Origin: Lama guanicoe
Taxonomy: Eukaryota
Length of the DNA: 64,000 nt
Assembly: GCA_013239625.1 (NCBI GenBank)
Contig: MU054323.1
Location: 11,243,815-11,307,814 of the forward strand
Direction: 5' to 3'
Part shown: positions 25,036-38,063 of the stretch, piece after piece
Numbering within the stretch: the stretch's first letter is position 1
Layout of the letters: each line of letters begins with the position of its first letter
Notes under the pieces: generated by a model
What the model saw: the letters and a program-made list of their open reading frames with translations, nothing else
Told to the model about the DNA's origin: nothing
Databases searched by the model: none
Program-made: the position numbers and the translations under genes

Positions 25036-26676
25036 TGTTTTTTTCTTCTTTTTTTATATATAGATTTTATAGATTCTAAGGTTTTGTGCCTTAGTTATCT
25101 CAGCTGTACAGCTTGTGAGCCAGTCATTATTTTCAGGCCAAAGGCTCACATGATGAGATGTTTAGAAGGAATATTCTGGCAGGTCACCCACAATAAGATG
25201 GAAGAGACACAGCACAACTCCCCACCCAGAACTAATTCTGACCACAGCACAGGCTGCGGATACAGCTGCAGGACAGCGCTGAGGGAAACCAGACACCCAG
25301 TCTGACACATGGCATGCTGGGGCGTGGGGAGGGCACCTGGGGAACCCTCGTCGCTGTATTTCAGATGGCAGGCCGCTGAAGGAAAGCTGCAGTGGTGGGC
25401 TTGAACTTGAGCATAGAACAGCTCTTTTTAAACAGGACTTGAGCTGACCACAGGGGTCACAGGCAGAATGGCAAACAGAAACAGGACTATAAATAGCAGC
25501 TGCAGCTAGAAAGCAAAAGACAGGCCTGACCTGTGCGTAGGATGGAAAGGACCTCAGGCAAAGCATCAGCCTTTCAGGGTTGCTCCCTCCCCCTGCATAG
25601 GGCACCCCTCCCCCAGCAGGCATCCTCCCCTCCCGCGGAGGAAGACTGCGCGGCAGGGGAACTGTGAGCCCAGAGAGGCTTCTCCATTCCAGTCTTCAGA
25701 GTTAAAACTTAAAATGGCAAGTCGGCCTGGGATCTGGGGACAAAGCTCCTCTGAGTCCGTCCCGCAGGGCCATGAGCCGATCCTTTATTTATGCTGGGTT
25801 GTCTGTCTTTGTTCAGTTCTGTCTGCTTCACCAGATTGGAAATGGTTTGCTGGAAAAAATTATGGTGCTGTCTAACATGATGTAACAAGATGTCATCTTC
25901 TAACTCCAACGCATAAAATGGATTTACAGGAAGGAGGAGGGAAAAAAAACAAAGCCCCAGGGAGCACTTGACTCAGATAAAAACCACTGGGTTTTGTTTG
26001 TGAATGACAAAAGGCTGCATGTTATTTTACTTAGAGGAACATGAGGACAGACTGGCGTTTCAGGGGAAAGCAAGATATGTGCTCTCCAGCCCAGAGGAAA
26101 AGTTTGCTGAGAAAACTTAAACTAGTATTCATTTCACATGGCACACATAGACAAACACACCACAAACCCTACATACAAATCACACAGACACACAAAACAT
26201 GTGCCACGAATACCACACACACACACACAAACAAATGTCACCCACGCCATCTAAACCTCACCCAGACACAACACGCACTCACCACCCACACACTTCAGCA
26301 CACATCCTCCAGAATTACCCCAATGATGTTGCCGCAAAGGCAAATACACACTGTGTTTAATTGAGAACTCTGTAATTCCTACACCCCTGGGCCCCGGGAG
26401 TGAGCACACATTCTGGGTCTAAGCTTTTCTAATGAACATCTGCAAGGCTTACAGAGCTCTCTTTTACGAGGAAGCATAATGGAAAAGACAAAGTAGAAAA
26501 AGGGTCAAAGGTTTTGTGGTTCTTTTAAAATATACAATGCTTCTAGAAAGGCACATTCCAACCCAATCTTTATATAGTGCAGGGAAGTAACATGAGGAGG
26601 AAAGGCTATGATAGCTTTCCTTGTTTCTGCATTCAGAGCAAGTTCTGGGGGGTGGCCTCTGGGGACTGTCAGCCCT

Positions 26677-26724
26677 ACACACACACACATACACACACAC
26701 ACGCACACACACACACACACACAC
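26677..26724. repeat. (CA)n microsatellite
   Basis: Near-pure CA run with two interruptions. A CA-rich low-complexity block also lies at about 26140-26350. Confidence 0.95.
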
Positions 26725-26809
26725 ATTGACACAGAAGGAAAGGGACTCATAGGGCAACCGGTAGTTCTTTTTCCTTTTAGTCCTTCCTCACCCATCAGTA
26801 AGCTGAAGA

Positions 26810-27205
26810 CAGAGTGTTGGTAAAATGTCATGTATTGAAAAATGAAATTAAAACAGTTGAATGAGTTTTATGCATCATTTCCACTGTTCTGGAAAAAACC
26901 TAAGTAGATATACAGTATGAGCGATGAAATATGCATTATGTAATTCACAATTACACCTGAGAGTTAAATGCCCTTGCATTTAAAAATGACACTGCACAAT
27001 ATAAAGATGAATGGTAAAATTCATGCAGATAATTTTTACATGATCATTTTCTTGGAATGACATGATATTGTAAATAAAAAGGGCCATGACAAGACAAAAA
27101 GGAGACTGCAGGAAAAAAAGCATGGAAAAACTTGATAATTTTGTACCTCTCACAGCACTTTTTCCTGCTGCTTGAACAAGCAGCCCCACAAGCTACATAG
27201 CTAGA
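26810..27205. mobile_element. MER45-like hAT-Tip100 DNA transposon remnant
   Basis: aaagatgaatggtaaaattcatgc...gcactttttcctgctgcttgaacaagcagccccaca resembles the MER45B/C consensus. Confidence 0.6.
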
Positions 27206-27891
27206 CGTGATTGTAAGTCTCCTTCACTAGAATATAGAACTCTGGTACATCACAGGTGAGATCATCTGAGCTCCCCTGAGAAGCATGTGTGGGCCCCGCT
27301 CCCCAAACTCATAGGCTAGAAAGGCCTCCAGGTCTGATGCCCACATCTTTAGGGAAGAATAAGTTAGCCCTGAGTCAGCCCAGACAGATGTGGGGTCTTC
27401 TTCTTCTAAAAGCCCCAGCCAGACAGGATGGGACCTGCGCTGGCAGGTACAGCGACCTATTAGCACTACCTAGGAAATGTGTAAAAAGTGAATCCTGGCT
27501 CTGAGGTTCCTGCCTTCAAGCCACGGTGCTAAGATGGAGTCATCTGATGCAGATGAAAAAGCTATTAATTAGTGAACCCAAAGCTCTGTTTCCTCTCTGG
27601 CTAGCCTGGGCAGATGTTCATTCTGGATTCAGCTTTTTCCACAACAATCACTAAGGGTGCCAGGACACCGAGTCAAGCTGGCCTCTTGCATCCAAGCCTC
27701 AGCATTCCCTCTGCAGCTTCAGGTAAAATACTGAGTTGCCAGTAGAGAAAATTTACCTCATGCTTCTCCCCACAGTGGGTCACACTCAGTCAGGGCTTGA
27801 GGCTTGAGAAGTGTTGCTTTATACAGCACAAGACTAGCTGGGTAATTGTAGGACACAAGCTGAAGAGGAAGTGATCAAGATTAAAAGCCTC

Positions 27892-28622
27892 TGTAGAGAC
27901 AAGGGAACCCTCCTACACTGTTGATGGGAATGCAGTTTGGTGCAGCCGTTATGGAAAACAGTATGGAGATTCCTTGAAAAACTGAAAATAGACTTACCCT
28001 ATGATCCAGCAATCCCATTCCTGGGCATATATCCAGAGGAAACTCTAATTGGAAAAGATACATGCACCCCAATGTTCATAGCCACACCTTTTGCAATAGC
28101 CAAGACATGGACCTAAATGTCCATCAACAGATGATTGGATAAAGAAGATGTTGTGTATATATATAATGGAATACTACTCAGCCCTAAAAAATAATGTCAT
28201 TTGCAACAACATGGATGGACCTGGAGAATGTCATTCTAAGTGAAGTAAGCCAGAAAGAGGAAAAAAAAAACCACAGGATATCATTTACATGTGGAATCTT
28301 AAAAAAAAGGACACAAATGAATTTATCTACAAAACAGAGACAGACTCACAGACATAGAAAACTTATGGTTACTAGAGGGGAAAAGGAATGGGGAGGGATA
28401 AACTGGGAGTTTGGGATTTGCAGACACTATTATATATAAAGTAGATAAACAACAAGGTCCTACTGTGTAGCAAAGGGAACTATATTCAATACCTTGTAAT
28501 AGCCTATAATGAAAAAGAATATAAAAAGGAATACACATATATATGTATATCTGAATCTCTATGCTGTATACCAGAAATTAACACAAATCAACTACACTTC
28601 AATTTAAAAAATAGATGTATAT
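27892..28622 (+). mobile_element. 5'-truncated young (lineage-specific) L1
   Basis: gggaaccctcctacactgttgatgggaatg...catggatggacctggagaatgtcattctaagtgaagtaagccag...ctacacttcaattt. Probable TSD attaaaagcctc (27880-27891) / attaaaaccctc (28623-28634). Confidence 0.92.
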
Positions 28623-28869
28623 ATTAAAACCCTCAAAGGCAGAATCTGTGGGGCTGGTGGATTTATAATGCAACTGTGAGCACCAGTGAGCTCAGGTCTT
28701 CCTTGTTTCAATTAAATTGAACATTTATTGAGCATCTACTGTATACCCATCTTAAGCCTGTAGAGAAATTCCTAACTTTTTTTTTTCTAAGAAAAATAAG
28801 ATGTGGAGAAGTAGAAGATTATGAGCAGTAGTGAGCCTAATGGATAAATGCAGGCTCAGGATCTGATTG

Positions 28870-29060
28870 TCAGATCTGCCCTCCCCAGATGCTTTGTCTT
28901 GGACAAACTAAACCTCAGTTTCCTCATCTGTACAATGGGGATGTGCTTCTTCATAGTATTGAGTGCTTTCTTCATAGTACTGAGATAAAGATCACATAAT
29001 GTGTTAAAGCTCTTAGCCCAGTCAAGCCACAAGTGCTCGATATATCTTTGGATGGTGATG
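28870..29060 (+). mobile_element. MIR SINE
   Basis: aacctcagtttcctcatctgtacaatggggat core. Confidence 0.85.
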
Positions 29061-31610
29061 CTGGTGATGATGGTGACAAAAGGAGGAAGAGGTCTTTGAT
29101 TTCCTGTGAAACATGGAAGAAGTATCTGTTTGCAAATATATTTTTCCCCAGCCTTAAGTAATTTTTCTCCTATCTCAGAGTGCAAAGAGAAAGGTCTTAT
29201 ACCTGGTGGTGATCCGGTAAACATTCACTGCTGTTGGAGATGCTGAATTGAAGATCCTGGAATAGGACAGCAATGCGCTACTGAGAGCAGAATCTGGAAG
29301 GCAGGTTTAGAAGCATGGGGTCTACTGCTTGTGTAGGAAAACCGTGTCCAGCATCTAGCCAGGGGTCTGGCAAAAACCTAAATGAAAAAGGCATGAGGGT
29401 CAAAATCTAGAAAACACCAAGTCAGATGCATGCAGAGTTCAAGACAGTGTGAAATCTCACTAGTTTAATTTCCAGGAATAAAAAAGGCCAATTTAAAAAT
29501 TCCACACTACTAGAGTTGATTCCTCCATGTCCTTGCATGGGAACTACAAAGCTTTGGGATCTCAGAAGCTGAATTCTTCTGTGGCATTTGGCAGGACTAT
29601 CACTGAGTCCTCTGAGTCATCCCTGGCTTATGAGCCCCCATGTGTGTTCACAGACAGAGCAATAAAGAACAATAGCATTCTTTTCTGGAAAAGAACCAAG
29701 ACCCCTGAATGCTTCCAATTTTCCAATGTCTTACAAAATTTTCTTATTCCTTGTTCAAACTACCCATTCTAAGCCCTTGTCTTCCTCTGTCCTGCTTTGT
29801 GTAATAGGATTTCCTATTTGGTTCACACATTTCCCCATTTATTCCATCACATTGGTCTCCGTTTCTTTGCTGGGCAGCACACCTGCCTCGGCCAATAGTA
29901 GTAACTAAATAAAATAAGTATTTTTTATTTAATTGTTTTGTCCTTTATTATTGCTTTGCCTTTGTTGTTACTCTACAACCCAGAAACTTGGACATGATAC
30001 ATTGGCTGTCAGCATCCGAAAGTAATAAAATGTTGCTCTTCCAAATCTCCTTCCGGCAGTTCATCACCAACAATCTCTTCCTACCTTGAAACATTTGGTT
30101 TTATTGCTCCCCTTCATTTCCTGCCCTTAGGCCAATCCATGGTCAGCTGGTGCCAGTTTTCCTCTTGCCCCTCAGACCTAACCTTCAAAGCCATTGTCAT
30201 CTCAGGCCCTGATATGTGAGTAGCAGGCTCTGTATTTTCTGAGCTCCAAATCTTTCTGGCAGAGACCCTCAATAAGCTTCAGTATTTTGCTTGTAATTTC
30301 CCTGTGTCCCCACCAGCCTTTATCTCGATGGCCAAGCCTGGGCAGTAACCACGCTGTCTTCTTTATCTAGAGCCAGAGCTGTCTGTCTTGCAAAGAGAAC
30401 ACTCCTGCACATGTTATCTGAGTCCTCCATCTCTTCATCGCTTGTAGAATTGCTTCTGTTAATGTTCAGCGTCCTGTCTCATGTTCAGATTCTCTCTGAT
30501 AGGATTATTTTGGGTTTTGTTTTTGTATGCTTCGGAGTCTGATGAATCAGGAGACAACTGTTTGGCTATTTACATATCAGTGCAAATGACAGATAATTTC
30601 ATAGCTTGTTTTTATTCTGTCTTCTCTCTGATTTTGAGAAGCAATGCCTGATGCTTTTGTTTTTTACACCTGAAATCTTCAAGAGTTCCACCCTGTCTTT
30701 TTCTATTTACTCCTGTCAATCTGACACCATCTCTTGGATCCCAAGAGCTTAGTACCAGATAGTATCTGTGAAGTAATTGTATCACTTCAGAACTCAGCGT
30801 TCCAATTCTGTCTCCTTGTCCCTATGAAGGTGTTCTGACATACTGAAACTTTCCACTTCTCTAAAACAAATTGAAGTAATGGTAAATGTTGGCAGCCCCC
30901 AAACATGCTTCTCTCCTTCCTGAGTCTCTGTGTGCTGTGTGTGGGGTACCCTTCCTGTGTACAACAACTTTAAGGAGCAATAGTGTGCTTGAATGTTCAA
31001 ACCTACTCCATAGAGAACTTGTTCTCAATATGAGAAGTCTCTGTTTCCAGGACTCCCTGGAGGTCACTTTACTCAGTCTCAGTCTCCTGTCTTGTTTGGA
31101 GGAGTGACTTTGGATTGCAGGAAGTGATCTCCAGGGTTAGGTGTTTTGAAAACCTCAAGGATAGTGGCAACCTCAGAGGTTCCACATAGACTTCATTAAC
31201 AAGGAAATTGGCTCTCTCTTTTTTCCTTTAAATCAAATATAGCATTGTTAAGTCTGGCATCTCCAAAGAACCAAAAAGAAGGAGATGGAGGGAGGGGGGG
31301 AGCGGAAGGGAAAGGAGGAGGAGGAGAGGGAGAAAGGAAAGGAAAAAAAGAAGGAAGGAAGGAAGAAAAAAATGGCTAAAGAAACAAAAGAAGAAACTAC
31401 CTCTGTACATTGGAGCGCTTCCCCCCCACCCCACCCCAGGTCAAACTACCCATCTCCCTTGCAGTAAAGTTAATGAAATATTTCATACACTTGAAAAATT
31501 TAAGAAGACAATAAAATATAAGGGAAAAAATGAACTTCAGCCAGATCTGATAGTATGAATCTGATAACAAGATTCTGATATTAATATCTGATAATAACAA
31601 TTTTAGTAAA

Positions 31611-31838
31611 TAAGTTGGCCAGATTTAGCAACTAACAATACAGGATGCCCAGTTAATTTTGAATTTCAGATAAACAACAAATAATTATTTACAATAAATC
31701 TGTTTTTACAAAACATATTTACAAAAACATAGTTACACTAAAAATATTACACAGAACATATTTATACTAAAAAATTATTTGTTGATTATCTGGAATTCAA
31801 ATTTAACTAGACATTCTGTATTATATCTGGCAATACTA
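31611..31838. mobile_element. MER53 palindromic hAT MITE
   Basis: caggatgcccagttaattttgaatttcagataaacaac...ttatttgttgattatctggaattcaaatttaact...atctggcaa, with long inverted arms. Confidence 0.88.
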
Positions 31839-33339
31839 CCAGTAAAAAGAGAACAAATAAATTAAAAGGAAGGAAATTATTAACCAAATAATGCAATAAA
31901 ATTCCTTGGAACTAAATAATATAAATGCCCAGAATAAAATATCCCATTGAGCTTGGGAGAAAAAGTGAATTTTAAAAGACCCACAGAATGTCATTGGATT
32001 TATCAACACCAACTGGGAAACTAGAATATGAAAAATTTTTCAAGATTTGGTGATAAAATTATTTTTATTCTAGAATTCTATAACTAGGCAAGTGTGAAGG
32101 CAGAGTAAAGATATATTGAGGAATTGCAAACATTCAGAAAGCTTACCTCCCACATACCTTTTGTTAGGAAGTTACTATTAAGGTGTACTCCACCCAATTC
32201 AAAAGTAAACCAAAAAGAAGCAACATAGGACACAGGAAATAGTAGGTCCACCCCAGAACTGTAGCCAAAAGAAAACACAGGGGGAAGGCTATGTGGTAGA
32301 CTTATTCTGATCCAGGAAAATGGAGGATTCTTAGAGGAGATTATCAAAACAGAAGCAGATCTGATAGAATGGTTAACAAGTTAGATTATTTGATGAACTA
32401 TAAAAAAAAGAATTAGAAATTTGTTTATGGAAAAGTATAGAAATAAAAAATGAGGCAATTGTAAACTTAAGAAAAACCATAGAGCTGTTCAGAACATTTT
32501 TTTTAGTATACTACTTGGTTCTGTGTAATTATGTAAAATACTGATTGATTATTGATATTACTGAAAATAGAATTAGGAGGTTCAGAAGGGAGTAAAGAGG
32601 CAAAAATGTAAAATCCTCAAGGGTCAGAAGACTTAACATTTCAAGGTGTTGATTCTTCCAGATTGATGTACAGGTTCAATGTAATTCCAATCAAAATCAC
32701 AGCAGAATTGTCTGTAGAAATTGACAAATTGATTTTAATGGAAATTCAAAGGACATGGAACAGTCCAAACAACTTTGAAAAAGGGACAGAGTTAAATGAC
32801 TAATATTACTTGATTTTAGGACTAACTATAAAGCTATAGTAATCAAATCAGTTTGACATTAGTGTAAAGATAGTTGGATGGATCAATGGAACAGAATACA
32901 GAGTCCAGAAATAGACCCCAACAGCTTTTGAACAAAGTTACTGACAGAATTCAGTGTAGAAAAGGTAGTCTATTCAACAAATAAGGCTGGAACAACTGGA
33001 TATCAATGTGCCAAAAAATAGTAACTCAAATGGATCACAGACCTAAATGTAAAAGGTAAAATTATGACACTTCTATAGTAGAATGCATAGTAGAAAAACT
33101 GTAGACTAGGGTTAGGCAAACGTTTCTTAGACAGAACATTAAAAGCACAAGTTGATAAATTGAACTTCATCAAATTTTAAAACTTCTGCTTTCTAAAAAT
33201 ACTGTTAAAAGAATGAAAAGATAAACCACATAGAAGATCTTTGCAAACCATTTATTGCATAAAGGGTTTGTACCTAGAATACATGAAAAACACTGCAAAT
33301 TCAATAGTATGGGGGGGGACCAATTTAAAAAATGAGCAA

Positions 33340-33413
33340 GAGATACTGTTTCGGGAAATATCCCCAATGTTCTCCTTACTTGCTGCAAGTAATAATAAAT
33401 CCTTCCTTCTCCT

Positions 33414-33456
<43 letters not shown>
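33340..33456 (+). other. Short polyadenylated retroposed insert (ERV-LTR R-region-like) with pure A41 tail
   Basis: About 75 nt of non-L1 sequence, AATAAA at 33394-33399 and an uninterrupted A run at 33416-33456. It splits the L1 motif aaaaatgagcaa / atatttgaacaga. Confidence 0.75.
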
Positions 33457-33459
<3 letters not shown>

Positions 33460-34230
33460 TTGAACAGATGCTTCACCAAGAAAGATAAAAAATGGCAAAT
33501 AAGCACATGAAAAGATATTTGACATCATTTGCCACTAGAGAAATGCAAATTAAAACCTCAATGGGGTACTACTACATCAGGATGGCTAAAATTAAATAGA
33601 CCTATCAAATGCTGGCCAAGATGTGGGGGAACTAGAACTGTCACACTGTTGGTGGGAATACAATATGATAAAACCGCTTTGGAAAACAGTTTGGCAGTTT
33701 CTTAAAAAGTTAAATGTGTACCTACCATAAATTTCAGGTATTCCACTCCTAGGTATGTACTCACTAGAAATGAAAGCAGATGTTTGTACAGAGACTTATA
33801 CAGGAATCTTCATAGCAACTTTATTTTGTAACAGCCCCAAACTGGAAACAATCCAAATGTCCTTGACAGATAAATGGATAAACAAACTGTGGTATACCCA
33901 TACAATGGGATACTACTCAGTAACAGAAAGGAGTAAACTATTGACACAATCAACAACATGGGTGAATCTCAAAATCACTATGCTGAATGGAATACGCCAG
34001 ACCAAAAAAAAAATAAAGATTATATACCATGTGATTCTATTATATAAAACTCTAGGAAACACAAACCACTCAATAGGGACAAAGAGCAGATCAGTGGTTT
34101 CCTGGAGATGGTGGGTTTGGAGGTGGAAGTTTGGAGTGGTAGAAGGAGTCGGAGGAAGGGATGGACAGGGGGCATGAGGAAACTTTAGGAGTGATGGACA
34201 TGTTTATGATTTTGATTGTGGTAATGGTTT

Positions 34231-34847
34231 TGTTAATGCAAATAATCAATATGCAATCTATAATAGAAACAGAGAAGAGTTTTATTTGAGCCAAACTGAG
34301 GGCTATAGCTGGGGAGCAGATTCAAGAAGCACTTGTTCTGATGGACTACGAAATAGGGGAGGCTTATATAGGCAGAACCTACAAAGTTACGTAAGTAGTA
34401 TGTCAAGAATTAGGATTGGAGCTGGTAAGAAATAAGGGGGTTTGTTAAGCAAGGATTAGTTAGGATCCAAAATGACTGCATAGTTACAAAGGGAAACCTT
34501 AATACCATAAGGTTGCAGCTGGTAGCTGCCAGCAGATTTTGTCTTCAAAACCCTTGGTGGTGCCCTTCAGCTTGATACAATTTGGAAAATTCAAGTTCTC
34601 AGTGATCAGGAACATGTCTGAAACTGCTTCTGCAATGGCCACCAGGTTCCATTTTGAATGCCTGAACCACAATTACTCTATTTTGATTTTCAGATGCATT
34701 CTTTTCTTTAATGGTTAAAGCAGATGTACAATCTATATTTGACAGGCCATAAGACAGGCTGTTCTAGTCAGCATAAAATTCAAGCCAAATCATGTATAAG
34801 CCAGAATGACTTCCCCATACCTCAGCACGTGAAAATTTCTTCCACCA
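34231..34847 (-). mobile_element. ERV (class I-like) solo LTR nested in L1
   Basis: TG...CA ends and a 4-bp TSD gttt/gtct. The minus strand has TATATAA (about 34364-34370) and AATAAA (about 34281-34286). The flanking L1 rejoins as atggtttcatgg. Confidence 0.8.
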
Positions 34848-36149
34848 GTCTCATGGATGGACCTATGTTGAAATTTATCAAATCGTACACTTTGAATATG
34901 TGCAATTAATTCTTTGTCCATGATACCTCAGAAAAATGTTTGCGAAATTAAAAAATAATCCTCATCTATGTAAAAAGGAGACAGTTATAAAGTTTAAAAT
35001 TGGTGAGTCAGGAAATAACAATAAAAGAATAATATTTAGAAATATGGAACTAAATGTCAGAATAATTCCCCCCCCAAAACCCCAAGCGTTAGAAGTAGTT
35101 GCCTCTGGTGGCAGAGCTAGGGCAGGGGTGGTGGGGAGGAGGAACAAGTGACTGATGTTTTCCATCATGGATCTTTTGGTTCTGTTCAGTTTTTAAACAA
35201 TGTGCAGGTAGTATTTGCTTTTTGCAAATATCAGAAGAGAACATTTTAAACAAGAATGGATATAGTTAGACAGATTATGAACATTACCCTAGGTGGCATT
35301 TTCGTGAATGGATCATAAAAATGGCATCAGGAAGCAAGGCAGCCCAGTTCAGAGGCTTCTGCAGTACTCTTGGTGAGGGGGATGACCCTAGAAAGTACCT
35401 GAATGCAACCTCTGCTTGTTTGCTGCGTAATGGGAGCGATACCGCTTCTCTTCTCTCTCAGTCTGACTCCTATCACTCGCCCCGCAAGCCTTCACGCTCT
35501 CCCCTCCGCCAGCCATCATGCTTCTCATTCTGAGGTGTAGCTTTTATAGGAGGTGCCCTGAGGTGTGCACATGTGGGCACTTGGCAGAGGAGTAAACTGA
35601 GGGACCAGGCCTCAAGGTGGGGGGTGGGGGTAGGGTAGGGGGGCTTCCCAGGAAGCTGTTAGCCAGTTGCATCGCTGCCAGAACCTGAAAGCTAGCCCAG
35701 ATTTATCCTAGGCACAATTACGTGATACATGCCTGCTGCCTTACTTGCTCCAGGGAGGGTCAGTGCCCATAATCTAATTTCTGGTTGCTGATGCTGGAAG
35801 CCAGCACCTTCTGGTCATTTTCAGAGAAATTTTGCCAGTTACCCATAGCCTCTCTTAATCAAATTCTTCCCTTCCTTTGAATTCCTACATTCCTTTCTTG
35901 CCTGTGCTGTTGACATTGGCCGTGGCGATGGAATTTTCCAGTTTCATAGAAACTGTAGCAATTTTAAGGTTATGGCTGCTCAGTAAACTCTTTGTTTCTA
36001 TTATAGCCTGAGCCCTGGAGCTCTTGATGAAACAAACATTTTATGGGATGTAGGGTTTCTCTCCAAGCAGACACCACTGGTCAAAGCACAGATTATCAGT
36101 TAACTAGAAAAGACCTCCATGTTGCCAACTGATTTGGGTTATTTTGAGT

Positions 36150-36530
36150 TATGTTGTTCATTTTGTAAACAACTGTAAGCAACTAATGACAACAGAAGTG
36201 GATTTTTGGAGGGTGGGGATAAATAATAGTTCAAGATGACCATGTAAGTCAGCAAGACATTGTTATGTGAACAAAGCTGGTTACAAATCACTAAGTCCAG
36301 GATGACCCCGTTTTTCTAAATACGTGTGAGTGTATGTCCATGCACATGTGTGTGCACTGCATACCCAACACTAGGAACACTAAATAGCAATTCTTTAGAC
36401 TGAGGGATTTATGAAAGATTTGTACTTTCTTAATTTTTGCTTGCCTGGTTTTTCCAAATTTTTTTCAAATGAACATGTGCTATTTTGTAATAATAAGAAA
36501 AACAAGTTATTTAAAAACATAAATAAAAAC
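36150..36530 (+). mobile_element. Old L1ME-like 3' UTR fragment
   Basis: caagacattgttatgtgaacaaagc...gggatttatgaaagattt...aatgaacatgtgctattttgtaataataagaaaaa. Confidence 0.6.
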
Positions 36531-37319
36531 AGCAAGATCCTAGGCAAACACCATATGTTTTGTCTGAATTCCAAATACCCCTTCATGGAGGGCCAAGGCC
36601 TGGCCTGGCTGGTGTGGGGCCCACAGAGCTGTGGGTGGTGAGGCAGATGCTTCTCCCATGTGGTAGGTGGGGACATCCAAACTGAGAAGCTAGCAGATTC
36701 ATGCGTCTTTCAGGAAACCAAGTCCACAGCCATCAAATGGGTGGCCAAAGAGCTGACAAAGCAAAAGACAGGCACACATTAAAACTTCACTTAGAGGCAG
36801 AAGTCCAGGCATAATCATTCGTTCATCCTCTGAGCATCTACTTTGGGCCAACACTGTGCTGAGAACCAGGGAGCTGGGAGCAAGGGCAACCAAGGACCAC
36901 CCAGGCAGGGTGGCCTGCTCGAGCTGCAGGGACATGGGGCAGCCAGCATGGCTTCAAGATCCCCAGGAAGAATAGCCATGCTGGGTTCCAACTAAGGGGA
37001 GCAGAATTAACTCCGCTGCAGTAGGGGGATCTGCTTCCCACTTGGACCCCCCAGCCAGCCTCCACACAGTTTCTGCATTAATCCACCTGTTTCCAGTTTT
37101 GTTAGAAAACGCAGTTGGCTAGGATGACTGCTATGTTTGATTTCTAAAAATTTCTTAAAACTACACAATGCACAAATATGGAAAGCACCCTTGCATACAT
37201 TATCTTCACAATGATGTTGTGAATACAGTAAAGCAAGTAGCATCACAAGAGAGTAAATTGAGGCTTAAGGAAAATAATTGCCCATTTTTACATAGTGATT
37301 GGATCAGGGTGGGTCTGAT

Positions 37320-38063
37320 GTGGTTATCAAGCCATCAAGCAATTAATTCTGACACTCTCCACTTGAAGATAGCATCTGATCCCACAGGCTAGGGGCTCAG
37401 CCTCACAAGACAGCCCCGCCGCCCCCATTTCAGATGCCAGTTGCTAATCACTAGTCCAGGTTGCTACTTGTGTTTCTGAGCAACTGGCTCTAGATCGGAG
37501 TTCCCATGACCCCCTCCTCAGGTTCGATTAATTTGCTGGAATGGTTCACAGAACTCAGAGAAAAACTTTACTTACTAGATTACCAGTTTATTATAAAAGA
37601 ATATAACTCAAGAACAGCCAGATGGAGGAGAAGCAAAAGACAAAGGATGTGGAGCTTCCATGCTGTCTGAGGGTGCCACTCTGCCCACACCTCCACGTGT
37701 TCATGAACCCGAAGTTCTCTGAATCCCATCCTTTTGGATTTTTGGGAGGCTTCATTATACAGGCATGATGTATTAAATCATTGGCCATTGGTGATTGGAC
37801 TCAGTCTCCAGCAAATCTCCCCTCCCCAGAGGTCGAGGGGTGGGACTGAAAGTTCCAACCCTCTATTCACCAGGTTGGTTCCCCTGGCAACCATCCCCCA
37901 TCCTTAGGTGACCTAGGTGCTTTCCAAAAATCACCTCGTTAATGTAACAAAAGACATCTTTATAGCTTTCTTCACTTAGGAAATTCAAAGTGTTTTAGAA
38001 GTGGTGCCAGAAATGGGGATGAAGACCAAGTACATATTTATTATTATAAATCATAATACTACA
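37320..38063 (-). mobile_element. MER21-family LTR
   Basis: aattctgacact...gatagcatctgatcccacagg...ggttcgattaatttgctggaatggttcacagaactcag...tcattggccattggtgat. Confidence 0.85.

Larger units (their letters stand above)
32640..34945 (+). mobile_element. Old L1 (L1MC/MB-like) ORF2 3' part and 3' UTR, interrupted by two insertions
   Basis: caatgtaattccaatcaaaatc, aactataaagctatagtaatcaaa, tggaacagaatacagagtccagaaatagaccc, gaaatgcaaattaaaacc. The L1 resumes after 34851. Confidence 0.9.

Noticed and set aside
31285..31400. Lys/Glu-rich ORF
   Set aside because: Translation of a GA-rich low-complexity tract.
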